Of a stretch of DNA of 64,000 bases, positions 21,590 to 34,620 are shown in pieces. The notes under the pieces were generated by a model. That model was not told the origin of the DNA. It did no database searches and saw only the letters and a program-made list of their open reading frames with translations. Origin of the DNA: Camelus dromedarius (lineage: Eukaryota); the NCBI RefSeq assembly GCF_036321535.1, contig NC_087451.1, positions 42,718,001-42,782,000 of the forward strand, given 5' to 3'. Position 1 is the stretch's first letter; every line of letters starts with the position of its first letter. Both the position numbers and the translations under genes were made by a program.

Positions 21590-23870
21590 TTCTTAATTAG
21601 GGAAAGTCGAACATTTCAGATATTGAAACGTATTATAAAATTATAAAACTAAAACATTTTTGTCTTGGTGCAAGAATATCAGTGGAACAGAATAGAGTTC
21701 AAAAATAGACGAAGTACACAGGAAAATTTAATATGTGATAAAGCTAAGATTTCAAATCAGTGGGAAATGAACTATTTAATAAGTAATGAGTGGGACCAAA
21801 GAGCCATGTAAATGAATCTTCTACTTCACTGTTTACACCAAAAGAATTTCCAAGTTGATCACAAATGTAAACGTCAAAAATACAATAATTAAAGGTAGTA
21901 GATGAAAGCATGAGTGAATATGAATGAATATTTTTATAATCTTGGAGTAAAGAGGGTCTGTCCAAGCATGTCATGAAAATCAGAAGCCAAAAGGAAAAGA
22001 CTGAATTTTACTTCTTAGAAATTAAAACTTTCTGAGCTATCAAAAACACTGTAAAAATTTTTTACGAAAGAAAAATATGGAAAATAATTGCAGCTCAGAA
22101 GACAGAAGGTAAATTTCCTTAACATACAGAAGTCTATTAAATCAGTAAAAATACAGATAGGCTGTTGATGAAATGGGCAAAGAATGAGAAAGCACCTCAC
22201 ACAAAAAAAATTGATTAAAAAATTAAAAAGTATTTCATTTCACTTGTAATTAATGGAAATCAAACTTAAGCGAGGCAGCATTTCTCATTTTTGAGTTTGG
22301 TAAAGGCCAAACCAGTTGATAACATCCAGTATTGATTGAGGAGCATTTGGGTAACTGTGTGTAAATTAGTATAATCTTTTGGGAAGTCAGTTTGGTAATG
22401 TCTATCAAAATTTTAAATGTTCGATTCTTTGATTCATAAAGTCTCTTTCTAGGAATTTTCCTAAAATTGCAAGTTATCAGATATACATGTACAAGAATGT
22501 TCATGGCTAAATTCCTTCAATAATAGGGATTGTTTAAATAAATTACCTTATTATTCATTCAGGAGATTACTACACAACCATTAAAAAGAATAAAGCAAGG
22601 GAAAAAAAAGAATGAAATAAGTTGCTTTTTACATGGTTCGTTTGGCTACTTTGGAGAACGATCTGAAGAAGGGAAAAGATAGAAGCAGGGAGACCAGTTG
22701 GGAGGTTTTGTGTGAATTGAGGCAAGAGATGCTTGACAATTGAAATGAGAAAAGTTATAGGCAGTAAACATATGATTCCATTTGTACAAAAAATAACATG
22801 TAGTATATATTATGTGTTATGTGATATGAGATGCAGTGAGCTGTGTCTTTCACTGGACCATGGGACAGAGACTTTTGTGTCATAAAAGTTTGTGTTGTTA
22901 GGTTTTTTTTTTACAATAAGCCTATAATTCATTTACAACAAAATTAAACTTTTACAGAAAGATAATATAACAATACAGGAAGTTAGGGCAACAGTGTCAT
23001 GAAAATTACCCGTAGTCTCATCACACTATAATTTTTATTGTTTTCCATTACAATGTTTTTTCCCTATGTATTTTAACAAGGTAGTATTCATATTTGTAAT
23101 CTACATATAATTTTTGTATCTTGGTTTTAAAATTTTACATTACATAATAAATATTTCCCCTGTTGTTACAGTTTTTGTGCTTGTCATTCTCATGACTGCA
23201 TTACATTGCATCAAGTGCTCTACCTTACTGTGTTTCTTTGTTGCTGGAAATTTCCATTGCTTCCAGTTTTGGTGATTACAATAATGTTTCAATGAAGAGC
23301 TGACTGTTTCCTAATGGTAGAGCTTCATAATTGGGATTACTGAATTAAAAGAGTTTGGCTATTTCATGTCTCTTGATTAACATTAGCAATTATTTTCCAA
23401 AGCCGTTGTGCATAATTATATTCAGCCTCCAGTAATGTATGAGAGAGCCTGTTTCACGACGCCTTGGCCAGTATTAGGTATAATATAGTTGAAGAATGAG
23501 GGCAAAAAAATGGCACTTCCTTGTTATTTTTAGTTGACATCATTTGTTACTTGTAAATATTGACTTGTAGTTCCTCTTTTGTGAAGTTTGTTTGTTCTTT
23601 TGCTCATTTATCTACTAGATTCTTAATATTTTTCTTAATATTTTTCATTAATTTGCATGAATGGTCTATTTAACTAAGGAGTTTTCCAGATGTGCAGATG
23701 TTTTAAATGTTTATGAAGTCAAATCTGCTTTTTCTTGATGACTTAAATTGCTCAGAAAATTGTTTCCAGTTCTAGAAGTGACTTTCTATTAGTATTTTAA
23801 ATGTGTATGATCCTCCTATAATTAGTATCAGATATATTATGAGGGACTGGATTGATTTTCTCCTGGTATT
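21590..23870. mobile_element. AT-rich block of old L1 (L1M-like) fragments
   Basis: L1 ORF2/3'UTR-like decayed segments (GTGGAACAGAATAGAG...CAAATCAGTGGGAAA). No intact ORF. Confidence 0.45.
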
Positions 23871-24097
23871 GCTAATTAGAGGTAGACTTTACAACCCTTA
23901 TTCCTCTTGGATCTTTCAGCTTGAGACCCCCCTCTAGAGGAGATGAGTGGAATCATCCCCAAAGAATTCTCACCTAGCCCTGTTGTAGCAGGTTCATAGT
24001 CCTAAATTTCTTCCTGTGTGGCTGCCATTAACGCCATCTCTGAAAGGCGTAGAGATGTAAAGGGCTTCTAGAGAGGTAGGACTTAACAGAGATGACA

Positions 24098-24308
24098 ACT
24101 TTGGGTTTGGAAGTCTAGACTGCCTGGGGTCAAAACCTATCTTTGTCATTCACCAACTCTGACTTTGAGCAAGTTATTTAACCGCTCTGTACCTTGTTTT
24201 CTTATTTATAAAATGAGAATAATAGTATACATCACAGAGGGTAGTGTGATGATTAAATGAGCTAATAATAGGAAGCACAAGGAGTAACGTCTGGCACATA
24301 ATAAACTC
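24098..24308 (+). mobile_element. MIR SINE
   Basis: MIR core-like GACTTTGAGCAAGTTATTTAACCGCTCTGTACCTTGTTTTCTTATTTATAAAATGAGAATAATAGTA. Confidence 0.6.
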
Positions 24309-24940
24309 TTTTTGTGCTCTACTGCTGCTTGGAGAATGTGTGACGGTCAGTATCTGTAGTGCCTGAGAGATTGTGCGTGGTCAGCAGCAGCATACCATAG
24401 GTCATCAATTCAACAAATATTTGAACAACATCCTGACAACACTTTTGATTTCAGACTTGTCCTCTCCCGAGTTATGAGACAATTCATTACCCTTGTTATA
24501 AGTCACCCAGTTTGTGGTACTTTGTTATAGCAGCAAAACAAAATAGTAGGTATGCTAGGGAAAATAAAAGGAGGATGATGTGATAGAGAATAAGAGGGGG
24601 CAAGGGTGGGTGGAGTTCCTTCAACTAGGGGATTCAGGTGGGCTTCTGTCAACTACGAAACCGTCAAGTGTGTTAAGCAGACAAGAGACATGATCTTGCT
24701 GGTTTTTTAAAAAAACTGTTTACTGAAGTATAAAATACATAGAGAAAAGGACATAAATCATGAGTGTCCAGCTCAATGAATTTTCACAAATGAACACACC
24801 GGCATAACCAGCACTCAACTCCCCTCCCTCTTGCCACCATCCAGTTGCTACTCATCTCAAGGGTAAACAGTATCTTCTAACACTACAGATTAGTTCGACT
24901 GTTTTTGAATTTCATGTAAATGGACTCATACAGTATATAC

Positions 24941-25104
24941 TTTTTGTTGTTGTTTCCTTTTTTTTTTTGCTTTTTAAATTTAAATTTTGTTTTTGTTTTG
25001 GGGGGTAATTAGGTTTATTTAAATTTTTAAATGGAGATACTGGGGGCTGAACCCAGGACCTCGTGCATGCTAAGCGCATACTCTACCACTGAGCTGTCCT
25101 CCCC
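24941..25104 (-). mobile_element. tRNA-derived SINE (camelid-type)
   Basis: Same family consensus in reverse, with a degenerate TSD AGTATATACT/AGTATGTACT. Confidence 0.85.
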
Positions 25105-26345
25105 TAGTATGTACTCTTTTGTTTCTGATTTCTTTTACTCAGTATTATGTTTGTGAGATTCATCCATCTTGTTCATCCGTTCTCAATAATGTGCAGTATT
25201 CTTTTGGGTGAATAAATTTAGTAATGTATCCTACTGTTGAGAGACTTTTGGGTAATTTCCAGTTGGGGCTATTGTGGCTAGTACTATGAACGTTCTTGTT
25301 TATGTGTTTTGGTGAATATATTTATGTGTTTCTGTTAGGTATGTTCCTAGAGATGGGATTTCTGAGACATATATATTTATTCAGCTTTAGTAGATACTGC
25401 CATAACTATGGTTGCCATATTAGAAGGTAATTTTGGGTGCTGAGTAGAAAATAGATGTAGGGGAGGGTGGCAAGAGTGAAAATGGAGACCAAGTATGAGT
25501 CAATTGAAGAGTCCTGGCAAAGGATTACAATGGCTTTGACTAGGAGAACAAGTGAGGAGACGGAGAAAAAAATACAAATACGGAGTTCATTATACAGATA
25601 AAGCTGACAGGACCTACTGATGGATTGGATGTGGGAGATGAGAGAAAGACTGGACTCAGGGTTGATGGTTAGGTGTTTGGTTTGAACAGCTAGGTAGACA
25701 GTTGTGTCAGTTACTGAGACGGGGAAGAGCAGTAAAGTAACAAGTGTGCGGGAGAATCAAAAGCTTTGGTTTGCTCCCATTAAGTTTGAGATGCCAATTA
25801 GCTATCTAAGTAGAGATGTCAAATACACAGTTGGTGCTCAGTGAAGCTGTCAGGACTGGAGATTAAAATTTAGGGCCATCAGCATACATATGGTATTTAA
25901 AGTCATGAATATGGGTAATACTTCTTAGGGAGAAGGAGCTAGCAGGGGAAATGAAGTCACCATAGAGGCTGGAGGAAAACTGGAAGAACAGCTTGCCCTC
26001 TGTGTTTTAAAATGGGGAATGGCTAACGTGTTGAGTACCACTTAGAGGTTCGAGTAAGATGAAGAGAGGTGACTACCGGTGTCATCAACATGGAAATCAT
26101 AAGTAACCTAATAAGAAGTATCTAGTCAGGATGTAGGGTGAGAAAGCCATTTTGGAGTGAATTGGAGTAAATGGGAGATGAGGAAGTAGGTTAAGAGACA
26201 ATAATATTGTTCAAGAATTCTTGCCATGAAGAGCACAGAAACTGAGAGATATTCAGAGAGGAACCTGAGTTCAAGAGAGGGTTTTTCTCAAGATGGAAGA
26301 TATTTGTTATGTTTGGAAATCATTCAGCAAAGAAGGGTAAATGTA

Positions 26346-26567
26346 TTCAAAATTTGTAGATACTGACAGGCATATGTAGAATAGATAAACAAGATTATAC
26401 TGTATAGCACAGGGAAATATATGCAAGATCTTGTGGTGGCTCACAGGGAAAAAATGTGACAATCAATATATGTATGTTCATGTATAACTGAAAAATTGTG
26501 CTCTACACTGGAATTTGACACATTTTAAAATGACTACAACTCGATAAAAAATGTTAAAAAAAAAAAA
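26346..26567 (+). mobile_element. 5'-truncated young L1 3' end with poly(A) tail, inserted in an L2-like relic
   Basis: L1 3'UTR-like TATACTGTATAGCACAGGGAAATATAT..., poly(A) tail and 15-bp TSD AGAAGGGTAAATGTA (26331-26345) / AGAAGAGTAAATGTA (26568-26582). Confidence 0.8.
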
Positions 26568-28273
26568 AGAAGAGTAAATGTAATATAGAAAAAAGAATGA
26601 AGAATCACTGGAGCACAGACCTTGAGAAAATGAAAGGGAATGGGATCCAACACACACAAGGAAGAGTTGGTTTTTGATGGGAACAGGAGTGTTTCCTTCA
26701 ATGAAAGAGAAAAGGTAGAGTCTTTACAGGTTGGCAAATGAAGTTGTCATTTTCTTCTATTTTCCCAATCAAGAATGAGCCAAGACAATAAGTTGGGGGC
26801 TGGAGGGGAGGGATATTGGAGGTTTAGGAAGATGAGAACATATGACAGTCGTTTGGAGTGTGGGAGAGGAGCCTTGTCAGGAGCATGTAGTAGGATCACA
26901 GGCAGTGTTGTGCATCCATTTGAGTCTTGTGAACTTGAATTTAAAGTGAGACCAGTCATCAGTGATCACGTTTGATTCATAAGTACCCAGGAATGCATAG
27001 AGATTGTTAAATATAGTGGTGCCCTCAGCAGTTGTTCCCTGAATAAACAAATGAGTGGACATCACAGAATACATTTGAATAAGGGAGGAGGAAGGGAAAT
27101 AAAAAAAGGAGTGTGTATGTCTTCTTACAACTTACTTGAAGAAGACGAAACTAAATTATTTGAGCACAAAGCCGTATTTCAACAACAAGCACAAACATAC
27201 TACATTTTCAAGTTGAAGCTATTAATTCTGAAAGAAATGCAGGGAAATGACACACTTAAGATAGGATACAGTTAATATGGGAAAGCATTTCTGAACTTAA
27301 GTTCCAGATCAGAGTTCAAAAGTTACTAGGGATAAATGTTAACAGAAAGCTGAGGTAAATGGGGGAAAACTGTTAGATGTTAATAAGGAAGATGGGTAGT
27401 ACAGGCTATGTTGTATGTGGCCTTGAATAAGTGGAAAAGGACTTTGAAAGTGGGAGGTTAACAATATAAACTAATTATATGGTTTAAGGAGTAACCTCCT
27501 CATGATATGTGCTAATAGGTAGCTTATCTGATCATGACTACTGTTTATCTAGTGCCTGCCTTGTGTCCAGGCACTGTGCTAGTTCTTTTACCTATATGTG
27601 ATTTTCAGTATTCATAAGAACCATACAAAATTACATACTATTTATTAATAATAATTAAAATTCCATTTTACAGATGAGAGAATTGAGACTCAGCATTTTA
27701 GTAATTTTCCTAAGATATCCCAGTTAGTAAAGAGCTGAGGTGGGATCTAAAGCCAGGTTTCCCTGATTCTAACAGCCATAGTCAGCCACACTTCATTTAA
27801 CTGTAGTATTCCCACCATCTCCCTTGTTCTTAACACAGAGATGTGCCCAGGATAAAATGTAAGTCAGATGACCTGCCTTTGCACTTAATTCAAATTATTT
27901 CCTAACAAGCTTCCCCACCCCACTCCCACCATGCCCCCACCCTCAGCTCACTAACTAGTCTTTCAAAGCCTCTTTCCTTCCCCAAGGCATTTGCCCGTGC
28001 TGCACCCATACCTTTGAAGGCTCTTCTCACTCTTCCCAAGGTAACCCCTTTACACCCTTTAGATTTTAGCATAATTGTCACTTCATCTGAGAGGCCTTTC
28101 TTGGCCGTTTTATCTAAAATAGACAGACCTCTGGTATTCTCTAGGTCGTTTTTTCCCTAACATTTGTCAATCTTTGCAATTATGTTGTCAATTTACTTTC
28201 TAGTCTCTTTCTCCAGTAGTAAGTCCCATGAGACCAGAGAACTTGAGTCGTGTTTACTTTTAACTTCCCAGAA

Positions 28274-28565
28274 CTGTGCTGTTCAAAACAGGAGCCACTA
28301 GCCACATATGGTTACTAAGTACTGCAAATATGGCTCCTCTGAATTGAGATGCGCAAGTAAGTGCAAAATTCATAATGGATTTCGAAGACTTGGTGTGAGA
28401 AAATAATGTACAAGAGCTCATTAATATTTTTTATATTAATTACATGAAGAAATGATATTTGGATAAATTGCGTTAAATGATTAAAACTAATTTCACTTTT
28501 TAACGTGGATACCAGATTTTAACTTACGAAATGACTCATTATATTTCTAGCCTCTGGGACACTGT
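28274..28565. mobile_element. hAT-Charlie MITE (MER33/MER3-like)
   Basis: Termini CTGTGCTGTTCAA...GGGACACTG and the internal GCCACTAGCCACAT motif typical of MER3/MER33. Family assigned by recall. Confidence 0.5.
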
Positions 28566-28849
28566 CCCAGAGCTTGGTCCATTTTATTGAGTGAAATTAC
28601 AAATGTTAAGAGACAGACAGAATGAGTGAGTTAAGAGATGCAGCCTCTGCCAATGGATACAGCATTGTCCTGTAAGTCAGGAGTCTTGAGTTCTGGTCTT
28701 GGATTTACTGGAAACACTCACTGTGTGGCCTCGGACAAGCACTACCCGACTCAGGCATCAATTTGCCCATCCTATCAGGCAGTTGATCTCTGAGATCTCG
28801 AAGTGTATGAGAATAAGCGGCTAAGTGGCAGAGAAAGGTGGGGAAGCCT

Positions 28850-29495
28850 GGTACAATAGGACTTCTGTTTGGCTTCGCTCAAGGAGTGGAGGCAGCAGGA
28901 ATCACAGAGTAGGCGCCCGGAACCCAGCGCTGGGACCGCCGGCTTCTTCAGGCCGACGTCACTGGGGCGCGACGGCGTCGTTAGCCAGGTCCCCGCTCGA
29001 AGGGGCAGCGGCTCCGAACGTCCCTTCGGTGAAGGCGAGTGCCGGTATAACAGAGAAGCAAACAGTCCCTTGGAGGCTCACATCCCACCAAACTAACCTC
29101 CGCCGCTCTCCCTCTCACTTAAGCCTTATCTGGCACAGGAGCCGGGAGTTAAGAGCCAGACACCGAGCGTCAAAAGCCGAACCGCAGCCCTCAGCGCGCC
29201 TGCGCAGGGTACGCGCTCATCCTCGCCGGAGTCCCGACGATTGGCTGTGACGTAACTTCCGGCGTGAGCGGCGAAAGCCGGGAGGGCGAGCGAGAGAGAG
29301 CAAGCAGGCAGCAGGCAGCAGGTAGCGGGCGGTCGGACGGGCGGTACGAAGGGAGGGAGCGAGCGAGCAGCGAGTGAGCCAGCGAGGGCAGCCGCGTCCC
29401 GAGAGCAACCGAGATTCCTCCCGTCCTTCTGACCCCCTTCCCGGAGCCCACAGCGCCTCCGGTCTCCAGCGGAACGGACACGGCCCGGCCCGGCC
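28850..29495 (+). promoter_or_regulatory. PSME3: PSME3 CpG-island promoter and 5'UTR
   Basis: CpG-rich, with clustered GATTGG (CCAAT), TGACGT and ACTTCCGG (ETS) motifs at about 29239-29262, and GCCATGG Kozak context at 29496. Confidence 0.75.
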
Positions 29496-32400
29496 ATGGC
29501 CTCGTTGCTGAAGGTGGATCAGGAAGTGAAGCTCAAGGTAGCAGCACCGGTCCGGCCTTCCTTACCCCTCGCTTCTATTCCCGAGCTCTCTGATCGGTTG
29601 CCTACTCCCCGTGGCGTCTTTGTCTCCCTGGGTACACCAGCCTTGAGCTTCCGTTCAGCTCATCCCAGCCCCCAACTCCCGGAGACGGCATCGGGGGAGA
29701 GGATGACATGGGGGTGGCCTTCTGTACCGCGTCTGATGGTGGAGAGCCCAGGGGAGACTTCTGCGGACACGTGGTGGACTCAGTGCTTTAGACCAGCAAC
29801 AGCTGGAAGTCCCCCAGCCCAGCAACGTCCCAGCCTCCGGACGCTGCTACTGCCCCTGCCCTTAGCGTAGGGCCTGCCTCGTATCTTAGGCCAGGTTTGG
29901 ATGGAGGTTGACAACGTTTATGAGCTCACGCACTCCCCGCCCCCACATCTACCTGTCTTTTGTCTATGCTCAAATTCAGACAGCTTCAGACACAGGGAGG
30001 GAGGGAGGGAGGAAAGGAAGACAGGCGGGTGCTGCCCTCAAGCCCCGCTTGCCTCCCTCTCCTGAGATGGAGAAATGGATCCTAAAAAAAATTAAGTATT
30101 TGCAGTCTGGGGGCCTCTCTGCTTCTCATTACAATTACAAAGTAAGGGAAAGACAGCTGGATTTGGGGTTCCCCATCTTGCCCTTACTTCTGTTGCCAGG
30201 TACTGACTTGCACTTACTGAATTGTCTTCTTTGTTAATTTTAGGTTGATTCTTTCAGGGAGCGGATCACAAGTGAGGTGAGTGAAATAAACATAAAAATG
30301 AGCGTTGGTTAATACTTGGGAGTTCCCCAGAGAAGAAATACCTGTAGAGACAGACTTTCCCACAATTACTAATTCAGCTGTATTTACCCTCATCTTTAGG
30401 CAGAAGACTTGGTGGCAAATTTTTTCCCAAAGAAATTGTTAGAACTTGATAGTTTTTTGAAGGTGAGAGACCCTTTTCTTTTCCTCAAATTCCCCAATTT
30501 TTTTGGCCCTGATCTTTCTGTCAAATGGGACAAATCACGTGTTGATTGTATTTTGTTTTGTAATGTGAAGCACTTTCATTTCTTGCCCTTCAAATGAAAT
30601 ACTTCTTTGTTCCTCTTGAAAAGACTAATGTTTTTGGGGTGGGCGTCTCTCTTACAGGAACCAATCCTAAACATCCATGACCTAACTCAGATCCACTCAG
30701 ACATGAATCTCCCAGTCCCTGACCCCATTCTTCTCACCAATAGCCATGATGGACTGGACGGTGTAAGTGTCCTCTATTTATCTTTGTGTTTTGAAGCAAT
30801 AGGTCCTCTATTTCTTGGTCAGTTTGAACAGTTACAGAGGGAACAGTGGGATTTGGATCTGAGAATGAGGGTTCTTATAGACATTAGGACTCCGGTACAC
30901 TCCCTTTAGACCCTGATTTTCATTTATAGAATGAGGTGAATATGTTAATACTACTCTGTTAGAATGAGTTTAAAATAGAACTGATACAGGTTCCCTCAGG
31001 TTATCTGGTCTGTCCACATGGCTCTAAGCAAGGCTTTTCTCACCTGTTTCAATGTCTTGAGTCTTGTTACGGGATGAAAAGTTCTTGTTGTATAACTCCA
31101 GTGCCTATCTTTGTGTATCTTTAGCACTCAGTCTTCATCAGTTATATGTCCACATTCTGTTATAACATTGATTATACTTTTGTTTCATTGATAGAACTTG
31201 CAGTTCTGGAAAGCAGAAACTGTCTTGTCTTTTCCTTGTTATCTCCAGCACCTAGCATTGTTCCTAGTAAAGAGCAGGTGCTGAACACATGTTTATTGAT
31301 TGAATATTCTGTTTCTTTGCTAAACCAGCAGATTTGAATATAGTCCCTTAATTATCCTCACTCTGCACTGAATGGTTCATTTTTCCTATTGTATAATATC
31401 CTCCACTGCCTCTAATTGCTTAATGTGTTATATTTCTTGAAAGGTTGGTCTTCCCAACTAGAGTGTAAGTTGCTTTGTGGCAAGAACCTTTTGTTAAAGC
31501 CTTGTATGTGCTTAAGAAATAGTGCATAAGTTAATAAGACAACATATGGGGTCGAAGAACGGATTAGACTTGCTTGAAGGGTAACTTGTGATGGGGATGT
31601 CGATGCTGAGCAGGGTAATTCCTATTTGCGTCCTTAGCCCACTTACAAGAAGCGAAGGTTGGATGAATGCGAAGAGGCCTTCCAAGGTAAGAGCTATCCC
31701 CACTATCCCCCACCCTGACCTTTCCTGACTTGCAGCCCTGAGACACAGTATGGATCTTGTGTTCTCCTTGCCAGGAAGCAGGATCTAATTTTATTTCCCA
31801 GAGTTAGCATTCCCAAGTCCTCCAGTCATGGTCATTATTTAGCACTCTAAACCTAATTTTCCAATTAACGGAGGGTTTAACTTGTGTGGACTGCCAAGGG
31901 AGGGTGGTTGGCATTGGCTACACATCAGATTTTTCACAGAAGCCCCAGTTTCATGTCATTTTTTACTATTCAAAAATAGTTGGTACATTACCTCTGTAGA
32001 TCATATTTTAATTTCCTTATTCTTCAGACAGACTTTTGGGATACTTCAGACACTCAAATGTTAATCTATATATTCTCCCTTTTTGATTGTTAGTGATTTA
32101 TAGGTAGGGTTATGATAGATAAAAGGCAGAGGTCACAGCAACTCATAGGTCTGAGGAAGAGAGGTGGGGAGTGCTATATTCTGCTACCTGCCCCCCACCC
32201 CGAAATCATTTGACCTTCTTCACATCCCCACAAGGAACTAAGGTGTTTGTGATGCCCAATGGGATGCTGAAAAGCAACCAGCAGCTGGTGGACATTATTG
32301 AGAAAGTGAAGCCTGAGATCCGACTGCTGATCGAGAAATGCAATACGGTAAGGCAGGGACTAGTGACCTATGGGTTGACTCCAGATAGCCTGCTTGAACT

Positions 32401-33922
32401 ACAAAGAATGACAGATGTGGGGCTGGAGGCATGGAGTGGATGTGGAAGTTGGCAGGCTAAGTATTTTGGCTCCTGTACCCGTGGCATCTGGCCCTAGCAG
32501 CATGAATTGTATACTTCGTGGCTTCAGCAGAAAAGGCCATGGTCCTCATATATATATATATATTGGTCCCCTCATCCTCCAGGTCAAAATGTGGGTACAG
32601 CTCCTGATTCCTAGGATAGAAGATGGGAACAACTTTGGGGTGTCCATTCAGGTAATGTGCCTGCATTAGAAACTGTGGAAGGTTTGGGAGATAATCTCAT
32701 CTCCCATGTTCTATTTTCCCTTTCTCTTTGGTCTGCTGTGCAATAACGTGAAAGTGACTTTTGACTTACTTGTTTTTTTCAGGAGGAGACAGTTGCAGAA
32801 CTAAGAACTGTTGAGAGTGAAGCTGCATCTTATCTGGACCAGATTTCTAGGTAGGGCTGTTGGGCCTGGCTCAGGAATTGGGGGCTGGTGAGGTGGTAAG
32901 CACTGCCAGGGGTCCCCTGCAGCTTCCTCCTCTTCTCTCTCCTTCCAGATATTATATTACAAGAGCCAAATTGGTTTCTAAAATAGCTAAATATCCCCAT
33001 GTGGTAAGTAAGGGTTTTGTGGCCTGAGGGTGGAAGTGGTAGGGCAGGGAGGAGTGACTGTTCCTGGGAAGAGCTGTGTGGGGACAGTCAGAACACGGGG
33101 ACGAGTCTTTTCTCTGCCCCTCCTCTCAGGAGGACTATCGCCGCACAGTGACAGAGATTGATGAGAAAGAATATATCAGCCTTCGGCTCATCATATCAGA
33201 GCTAAGGAATCAATATGTAAGTAACCTTGGTCCCTGCCTGCAGTTACTCTGGCTTCTCTTAGTTCTGGTAATCATTTTCTTGCCACTCTGTGGGTCGAGA
33301 CAGAGTGTGGTGGTAAAATGAGCGGAACAAATTCTGCCCATCAACTGAGTGTTGAGAACTATGAGATCATTGAAGGTACCTAGCCGGGTATCTCCTTTCT
33401 TTCTACCTGGATGGGGGGGAGTGCAGTACAGTATAGGGGTGAAGGTGTGGGTGTCAGACTTAGGTTTAGAACCAACTCTACCTGTAATGTGGCTTTGGGC
33501 AAGTTTAATCTCAAACTTCAGTTTCTTCATCTCTAAAATGGAACTTAAGAGTAGCACAAAGATTGGTTTTTAAAAATGAGTGAGATAACATATGAGGGGA
33601 CCCAGTGCAATTTTTTAATGTTAAGTGCTTAATAAATGTTAATTATTAGACACTTGGGTCTGGAAGATACCCAGGTGCACTCAGATTTGGGGTATAAGAG
33701 GCAGGAAGGCAGCCACCCTTAATTCAAGTTCAGGTGAATGAGATCAGGGTTATGTGGATAATTGCTTGGGGATTCATGGGGATGTCTCATTTCCCTAGCA
33801 AGGTAGGGGTAGAACAGATGTGTGATTCTCTGATCCTTNNNNNNNNNNNNNNNNNNNNNNNNNNNNNNNNNNNNNNNNNNNNNNNNNNNNNNNNNNNNNN
33901 NNNNNNNNNNNNNNNNNNNNNN
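29496..33922 (+). CDS. PSME3: Proteasome activator subunit 3 (PA28-gamma/REG-gamma), 254 aa predicted, 11 exons
   Basis: Exons 29496-29537, 30244-30276, 30400-30462, 30658-30762, 31638-31686, 32235-32347, 32583-32651, 32783-32850, 32949-33003 and 33130-33216 give 228 codons (MASLLKVDQEVKLK..., NLS KKRRLD, activation loop IPRIEDGNNFGV). The last exon is not visible and should lie in the N-gap 33839-34132, so the end coordinate is approximate. Confidence 0.95.
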
Positions 33923-34574
33923 NNNNNNNNNNNNNNNNNNNNNNNNNNNNNNNNNNNNNNNNNNNNNNNNNNNNNNNNNNNNNNNNNNNNNNNNNNNNNN
34001 NNNNNNNNNNNNNNNNNNNNNNNNNNNNNNNNNNNNNNNNNNNNNNNNNNNNNNNNNNNNNNNNNNNNNNNNNNNNNNNNNNNNNNNNNNNNNNNNNNNN
34101 NNNNNNNNNNNNNNNNNNNNNNNNNNNNNNNNCCTCCCCTAACACCCCACGCCCCACCTGCCCTAATTTCTGGAAAACTCCAGGTTTGTGTGTGCAGGAT
34201 GTTGGCACAAGAATACTTGTGTTTTCTCTCCTGCCTCCCTCCTGTGTCTTGGGCTTTGTGTTTTCTTCCTTTTGGTGATTAGTTGGTTAGAAGCTGAGGG
34301 AACTGGAGGGAAAGTACTAGATGTTTTGTAGGAACTGGAGCGGGGTTGGGGGGGACCAGCTCCTCTCTTCTTCATGAAAGTTTAGTGTCTCTTGCACTGT
34401 GGGACATTGGATCCTTCCTGCCACAGTTGCCCTGGTGGTCGCTTAGGGTTCCCCATCTACATACGTTCCACCTTGACCCTGATCATGACAAGAAACACCT
34501 TAGACCTTTGGCCAAGTCTCTAGCTCCTTCAGAAGTTTTTATAATGCATTTTCACATACACATATATGTGTCTA

Positions 34575-34617
<43 letters not shown>

Positions 34618-34620
34618 CAC
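34575..34620 (+). repeat. Interrupted (CA)n microsatellite in the PSME3 3'UTR region
   Basis: Direct reading. Confidence 0.85.

Noticed and set aside
28825-29870. Several 100-140 aa ORFs on both strands at the PSME3 CpG island (similarly 20821-21434)
   Set aside because: Stop-poor GC-rich promoter DNA with low-complexity translations and no recognisable domains.
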